A stretch of DNA of 64,000 nt, from the NCBI GenBank assembly GCA_002009475.1, contig AYTS01000035.1, positions 4,710 to 68,709 of the forward strand. Reading direction: 5' to 3'. Of the stretch, positions 58,969-64,000 are shown in pieces; the first letter of the stretch is position 1; each line of letters begins with the position of its first letter. Under the pieces are notes generated by a model. It was not told the origin of the DNA. It did not search any database and saw nothing but the letters and a program-made list of their open reading frames with translations. The DNA is from Candidatus Brocadia carolinensis. Its GTDB lineage: Bacteria; Planctomycetota; Brocadiia; Brocadiales; Brocadiaceae. A program made the translations under genes and the position numbers.

Positions 58969-59646
58969 ATGAGAATATTGGTTGTAGAGGACGAAAAAAG
59001 ATTGGCCTCCTATCTTAAAAAGGGGCTTGAAGAAAACCACTTTGCCGTTGATGTGAGTCACGACGGAGAGGAAGGTCTCTTTATGCTCAATACCAATGAA
59101 TACGACCTTGTTATCCTGGATATTCTGCTCCCTAAGAAAACCGGACTTGAGATATTATTAGCGGCAAGAAAGAACGGCAAGAGCATGCCAATCCTGCTCT
59201 TAACTGCGAAGGATGCTGTTGAGGATAAAGCACACGGGTTAGATTTAGGGGCGGATGATTACCTGATAAAACCCTTTTCTTTCATAGAATTGATGGCACG
59301 GATACGGGCATTAATTCGGAGGGGAAAAGTTCATTACCAAACACGATTAACGGTGGCAGACCTTTCTCTGGATATGGTCGCGCATCGTCTGTATCAAAAC
59401 GAGCAGCCCATAGATCTCACCAATAAAGAATTTGCCCTTCTGGAATTTTTTATGAGAAATCTGAATACCGTCCTAACCCGCACCCAGATTGCAGAACATG
59501 TATGGGATTATAATTTTGATAGCTTTACTAATGTCATTGACGTCTTTGTAAATCGCCTGAGAAACAAAATAGATAAAAACCGTACCCATAAACTGATTCA
59601 TACCATCAAGGGTGTGGGGTATGTTATGAAGGATGAAAACTCATGA
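58969..59646 (+). CDS. OmpR-family response regulator (CusR/CopR-like)
   Basis: MRILVVEDE, acceptor DLVILDILLP, and a winged-helix output (LTNKEFALLEFFMRN...IHTIKGVGYVM). Confidence 0.85.
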   Translation: MRILVVEDEKRLASYLKKGLEENHFAVDVSHDGEEGLFMLNTNEYDLVILDILLPKKTGLEILLAARKNGKSMPILLLTAKDAVEDKAHGLDLGADDYLIKPFSFIELMARIRALIRRGKVHYQTRLTVADLSLDMVAHRLYQNEQPIDLTNKEFALLEFFMRNLNTVLTRTQIAEHVWDYNFDSFTNVIDVFVNRLRNKIDKNRTHKLIHTIKGVGYVMKDENS

Positions 59647-61031
59647 ACTCATGGACAATTCGCACAAAACTCACTCTCTGGTACACCAGCATTTTCGGTG
59701 GAACGCTTGTTCTCTTTGGTTTACTAACGTACCTTGCATTCTCTTACGCAAATAATGAACGCATCGATGTTGGGCTGAAAGAAGAGGCCGAAGGTATCGC
59801 TCATTATGAACGAATAAGCGAGAATTTCTTCCGGAAGTATGTGGAGCGTATATCGAATGAAAGCGACGAAGAGTGGGCTTCGGGAAAATATGTTGCAATA
59901 CTCAATCATGCAGGAAATCTTCAATTCCGGTCGGGGAACTTAAAGGAGGAACATCTGTCTTTAAATAGCCACCAAATTACAGAAATCTTGTCAGGAAAGA
60001 CTTACTTCAAGACGGTGAGGATTGCAAACGGGCGTCTTTTACGCATTATTACGGTACCCAAACAGGATACCCGGGAATTAATCCAGATTGGAATTGTTGT
60101 TAACAAGGATACCACGCTCAACATTTTTTTGTTTATTCTTTCGGCTGTGGGGTTCCTTGCGATTATCGGTAGCTGGTTTGGTGGTCGCTTTATGGCAAAA
60201 AAAGCCTTAAAACCCATAAGCCGTATGATAAAAGAGCTTCAGGAGATCGAACCTGAACACTTGAGAAAAAGACTATCCCTCCATCCTGCAAAAGACGAAA
60301 TCAATGAGCTTTCGGGAGTCATTAACGAAATGTTGTCTCGCTTGGAAAATGCCTTTAACCAGATTCGCCAGTTCACAGCTGACGCGTCACACGAGTTGCG
60401 AACACCCATTGCCATTATGAAGGCTGGAATAGAAGTTTCTTTGTCTAAAGAAAGGGCTATTCACGGCTATCAGCAAGTGCTTGCTAATACCATGGAAGAT
60501 CTGGGGCGCCTTTCAAAAATCGTAGAAAACCTGTTTGTCCTCGCAAAGGCCGATGCGGGACAATATGTATTGTACAAGGAACGGATTAGTCTTCATCCGG
60601 TTATCATGGATATTGCCGAACAATTAAAGCTTATTGCGGAGCCAAAAAATATCTTTGTGTCAACGGAGAAAATGGACAATGCATTCGTTGAGGGGGACGA
60701 ATTGCTTATCCGAATGATGCTCTTGAATTTAATAGATAACGCGGTTAAGTACACTCAGCCCAAAGGGGCAATTCAACTGTCCCTTTGTAAAGACAATGGA
60801 TGGGTAAAGATTACTATTCAGGATACCGGTATTGGCATTTCACAGGAAGATAGTGTTTCTATATTCGACCGTTTTTACCGGGCAAACAAGGCCCGTACAG
60901 CAGACCACACCGGCGGTGGACTTGGCCTCAGCATCTGTCAATGGATCGTCAAATCTCATTATGGCACCATAACGGTAGAAAGCAAACTCCATGAGGGGAG
61001 TGTCTTTACCGTTACCTTGCCCACCTGTTAA
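59643..61031 (+). CDS. Sensor histidine kinase (two TM, HAMP, HisKA, HATPase_c; CusS-like)
   Basis: H-box FTADASHELRTPI, N-box LIDNAVKYT, G-boxes DTGIGI and GGGLGLSI. ATGA overlap with the regulator gene. Confidence 0.85.
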   Translation: MNSWTIRTKLTLWYTSIFGGTLVLFGLLTYLAFSYANNERIDVGLKEEAEGIAHYERISENFFRKYVERISNESDEEWASGKYVAILNHAGNLQFRSGNLKEEHLSLNSHQITEILSGKTYFKTVRIANGRLLRIITVPKQDTRELIQIGIVVNKDTTLNIFLFILSAVGFLAIIGSWFGGRFMAKKALKPISRMIKELQEIEPEHLRKRLSLHPAKDEINELSGVINEMLSRLENAFNQIRQFTADASHELRTPIAIMKAGIEVSLSKERAIHGYQQVLANTMEDLGRLSKIVENLFVLAKADAGQYVLYKERISLHPVIMDIAEQLKLIAEPKNIFVSTEKMDNAFVEGDELLIRMMLLNLIDNAVKYTQPKGAIQLSLCKDNGWVKITIQDTGIGISQEDSVSIFDRFYRANKARTADHTGGGLGLSICQWIVKSHYGTITVESKLHEGSVFTVTLPTC

Positions 61032-61527
61032 CTTTCCCGATCAAACCTCTTGTCCCGTTAAAAAGTGTTTCCCGTAAATTTACGCATTTCTCAGAAGTAA
61101 AATCTCAGAAAACAGCACCGTTGAACAAAATTGCCAGGATTACAAAAAATTAATTTTGTGTTCATCATCCGTTCATGGGCGGAAATATATAATATAGTGT
61201 TGAATTAAGAGAAGCAGCCAAAGAAGGTGGGTTACACAAACAAAGCGGTACCGTATCTATCACGAAAAGTGAGGGTATTCTTGTAATAATTTCAATTATT
61301 TCGTGTAAAAGTTGCATGGTATTATCCTGGCAATCAGTGTCACAACAGAAAACAAAATACTTATTTATCACGAACTCGTGCACATTTCGAACACTTAGAG
61401 CGCCCGTCTGCTTTAACTTCTCTTTTCAAAATCTTTCCGGAATACGTGTTGCGAGATATTTTTTTCATTTGGCTTCCCACGATGGAGGGGCAAAAAATTT
61501 ACCGACTTACACCAATTTCGGAAAGGC

Positions 61528-62358
61528 ATGAAGATTATGTACTTGATAATCATGAAACACACTGGATGTTTCCGGCAAAAAACGCCAGGTAACACATATT
61601 TTCAAGAGAAATCAACAAAAGAATTACCAACGAGTGAAAATCCGGATATTTCTATTGTTATTCCATTATACAACGAGGCAGAGAATATTGAACTCCTTGG
61701 GCATTCTATTCTCCATGCCATGGAGGGAGAAAATTACGAAACAATCTTCGTGAACGATGGCAGTATAGACGGCAGTGCGGAAAAACTGAATGGATGGTGC
61801 GCCAGCCATGCAAACTTCCGTACAATCCATTTCAAGCGGAACGCAGGCCAAACGGCGGCAATGGATGCAGGTTTTAAAACTGCTAGAGGCAAATATGTGG
61901 TTTCCATGGATGCTGATATGCAGAACGACCCTGCTGATATCCCAAAATTACTCGAAAAACTCAATACCTATGATATGGTCTGTGGGTGGCGGCAGAGGAG
62001 AAATGATCCGTGGATAAAGCGGGTTTCTTCAACGGTGGCAAATTTTATAAGAAACAAACTCTCTTGGGAGGATATTAAAGATACAGGATGCTCACTGAAA
62101 GCCTATCGGAAGGAATGCCTGAATCAGATCGAATTGTTCAACGGCATGCATCGGTTTTTACCCACGCTGTTTAAAATGGAAGGATTTACGGTTACTGAAA
62201 TCGTTGTAAACCACTATCCCAGGAAATTTGGGAAATCAAAGTACGGGATATCGAACAGGGCGTTCAGGGCATTTATAGATTTGTTGGCTGTTCGGTGGAT
62301 GAAAAAAAGGAAACTTAATTACGAGGTAGAGGATGGAAACTCTTATAAGGCATATTAA
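61528..62358 (+). CDS. Polyprenol-phosphate glycosyltransferase (GT2; ArnC/GtrB/DPM1-like)
   Basis: ISIVIPLYNEAENI, FVNDGSIDGS, and MDADMQNDPADIP (DxD). The start is uncertain within the first ~40 codons. Confidence 0.8.
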   Translation: MKIMYLIIMKHTGCFRQKTPGNTYFQEKSTKELPTSENPDISIVIPLYNEAENIELLGHSILHAMEGENYETIFVNDGSIDGSAEKLNGWCASHANFRTIHFKRNAGQTAAMDAGFKTARGKYVVSMDADMQNDPADIPKLLEKLNTYDMVCGWRQRRNDPWIKRVSSTVANFIRNKLSWEDIKDTGCSLKAYRKECLNQIELFNGMHRFLPTLFKMEGFTVTEIVVNHYPRKFGKSKYGISNRAFRAFIDLLAVRWMKKRKLNYEVEDGNSYKAY

Positions 62359-62662
62359 TTTTTGGGTTACGTTTGGTTTCGTTGGACAACTTCTGTTTGG
62401 CTCCAGATTTTTTATCCAATGGATTGTTTCGGAAAAGCGTGGCGAAAGTATTATTCCAGAGTTGTTCTGGTATTTCAGCATGGCTGGAAGCGTCCTATTA
62501 TTTTCTTATGCAATTCACAAGCGCGATCCGGTATTTATCATGGGGCAATGCTCAGGGATTTTTATTTATACACGCAATATTATGTTAATTTTTAAAAAGA
62601 AAAGACTCCTGACCACGGCAACTGGCTGCGAGATCAATCCCCTAAAGACTGCGGTTGAATAA
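62333..62662 (+). CDS. Lipid-A-disaccharide synthase N-terminal-domain (LAB_N) membrane protein
   Basis: FGFVGQLLFGSRFFIQWIVSEKRGESIIPELFWYFSMAGSVLLFSYAIHKRDPVFIMGQ. The family call is from memory of PF07578-type sequences. It overlaps the GT2 gene by 26 nt. Confidence 0.65.
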   Translation: METLIRHINFWVTFGFVGQLLFGSRFFIQWIVSEKRGESIIPELFWYFSMAGSVLLFSYAIHKRDPVFIMGQCSGIFIYTRNIMLIFKKKRLLTTATGCEINPLKTAVE

Positions 62663-62846
62663 ATTTGCAGTTTGTGTTTGAACGAAAAATCATCTGTGGG
62701 TTGTAGAGAACTGTGCTCAAACACAAGGAGCGAAATACAAAGGCAAGATGGTTAGTTCGATGGGTGTAGCAAGTGGCTTTTCATTTTTCCTTCGAAAAAC
62801 TGGTGATATTCTTTTATGCCAAAGGACGAAATATTTAAAAAAAAAT

Positions 62847-63542
62847 ATGACAACGATAGCGGACTTTACCTTTGGAGAAAAAGTCGCTTCCGTATTCGAC
62901 GACATGCTGGATCGATCTGTTCCATTCTATCGGGAAATCCAAAGAATGATCGCAGAAATGGCTGCTGATTTTGCCGTTGAAGGGACGAATATTTATGATC
63001 TCGGATGTTCCACGGGTACTACCCTGCTCAATTTAGGTCAAAATATTTCCGGCAAAGTAAAATTCATTGGCATCGATTACTCGGAGGACATGCTTGCCAG
63101 GTGTAAACAGAAATTCGTTGAGCACCAATTTTCCCAAGAACATGAGCTGATCTGTGCCGATTTAAATCAAGGTATAAATATCGGGAATGCCTCTGTCGTG
63201 ATTATGGTTCTTACCCTGCAATTCATCAGGCCCTTAAATCGGGAGAAAGTGATCGGCAGTATTCTGAAGGGGTTGAACGAGAACGGATGCCTGATCCTTG
63301 TGGAAAAAGTCTTAGGGGAAGACTCCGTTTTTAACCGGCTTTTCATAAAGTACTACTACGACTTCAAGAAGCGAAATGGATACAGCGAATTAGAAATTGC
63401 ACAGAAACGAGAGGCGCTCGAAAACGTATTGATCCCTTACAAGCTATTGGAAAACCGGGAACTCCTGCTTAAGGAAGGTTTCCGCTATTGTGACGTATTT
63501 TTCAAATGGTACAATTTTTGTGGAATGGTGGCCGTAAAATGA
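62847..63542 (+). CDS. cmoA: Carboxy-S-adenosyl-L-methionine synthase
   Basis: Collinear with my recall of E. coli CmoA: [20 protein letters not shown] (Ec [20 protein letters not shown]), [33 protein letters not shown] (Ec [25 protein letters not shown]) and [13 protein letters not shown] (Ec FQCFNFGSLVALK). Start ATG 62847 (MTTIADF) is preferred. Confidence 0.85.
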   Translation: [231 protein letters not shown]

Positions 63543-64000
63543 TCGTCAAGGCAGGTAACTTCTTTTTCCGGTACCGGAATGCCCTTTTCCCCCTGGTCTT
63601 TGCCATGCTTTTTTTCGAGGGGACATGGCCGCTGTTTGACAATCATGTCATTGAGATGTGGGAAATGGTTGTTGGCATTATTATAGCGCTGAGTGGTCAG
63701 ACATTACGGGCGCTCACCATTGGGCTTGCCTACATCAAACGCGGTGGTAAAAAAAAGCAGGTGTATGCGGAAACCCTTGTTCAGGACGGGATTTTCGCGC
63801 ATTGCAGAAACCCTCTCTATTTAGGAAATATTCTGATTATTCTTGGAGTAGGCATTGCTGGAAATTCACGCTTATTTGTTTTATTTGGAATCCCGTTTCT
63901 CCTCTTTGCTTATTTAGCGATCATACATGCAGAGGAAAACTATCTGAGAAAAAAGTTTGGACAGGAGTTTGAGGATTACTGTAAACGGGTCAATCGCATT
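63539..64000 (+). CDS. Isoprenylcysteine carboxyl methyltransferase / PEMT-family membrane methyltransferase, 3' end outside the window
   Basis: ATGA overlap with the cmoA stop. The frame is open to the window end: MIVKAGNFFFRYRNALFPLVF...FAHCRNPLYLGNILIILG...HAEENYLRKKFGQEFEDYCKRV (RxPxYxG and EE..L...FG..Y..Y motifs of the ICMT/PEMT family). Confidence 0.7.
   Translation, partial: MIVKAGNFFFRYRNALFPLVFAMLFFEGTWPLFDNHVIEMWEMVVGIIIALSGQTLRALTIGLAYIKRGGKKKQVYAETLVQDGIFAHCRNPLYLGNILIILGVGIAGNSRLFVLFGIPFLLFAYLAIIHAEENYLRKKFGQEFEDYCKRVNRI

Noticed and set aside
1-64000. A search for CRISPR arrays, rRNA, tmRNA (near smpB) or prophage structural genes.
   Set aside because: No regularly spaced direct repeats with unique spacers were seen. 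The repeats present are dispersed palindromes. No rRNA- or tmRNA-like sequence and no phage structural gene signatures were seen by eye.

Overview
Chromosomal segment of roughly 40-45% GC by eye. It looks like an anammox-type planctomycete (Brocadiales-like), which is an inference and not proven. Supporting signs are an octahaem hydroxylamine-oxidoreductase-like cytochrome, OmcB/DUF11-type envelope proteins, and many short palindromic repeats whose translations read like CHCERSEAI or VIPAKAGI. Content in order: (1) the tail of an RND efflux pump plus an outer-membrane factor. (2) A large minus-strand cobalamin regulon at about 3.2-15.6 kb, with three cobalamin riboswitches, cbiMNQO, cobD, cobQ, an ACR3-like permease, a TonB-dependent receptor and exbB-exbD-tonB. 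(3) mltA. (4) Two tandem OmcB-like DUF11 lipoproteins. (5) A hemerythrin-domain operon. (6) An AT-rich island with an orphan operon of unknown function (22.4-26.3 kb). (7) apt, a sigma-70 factor, rpsA and cmk. (8) A vWA membrane protein and the HAO-like cytochrome, with an IS110 element upstream. (9) DinB, an FN3/Ig surface protein, tRNA-Leu(CAG), smpB, a pseudo-receiver, PBP4, a methyltransferase, ugd and ftsH. (10) A zone of decayed mobile-element fragments around DJ-1/PfpI and a GT2 gene. (11) cspA, a B12-radical SAM protein and a hemerythrin. (12) An orphan GTPase with a translationally coupled partner (54.6-56.6 kb). (13) miaB and a CusRS-like two-component system. (14) A GT2 / LAB_N / cmoA / ICMT cluster. 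At least 11 genes are split at A/T homopolymers of 7-9 nt, and each is repaired by deleting one base. I therefore merged those ORF-track pairs and treat them as probable sequencing errors. The best candidates for an undescribed system are the GTPase + partner pair, the AT-rich orphan operon and the cmoA-ICMT coupling. None could be assigned to a known family from sequence alone.
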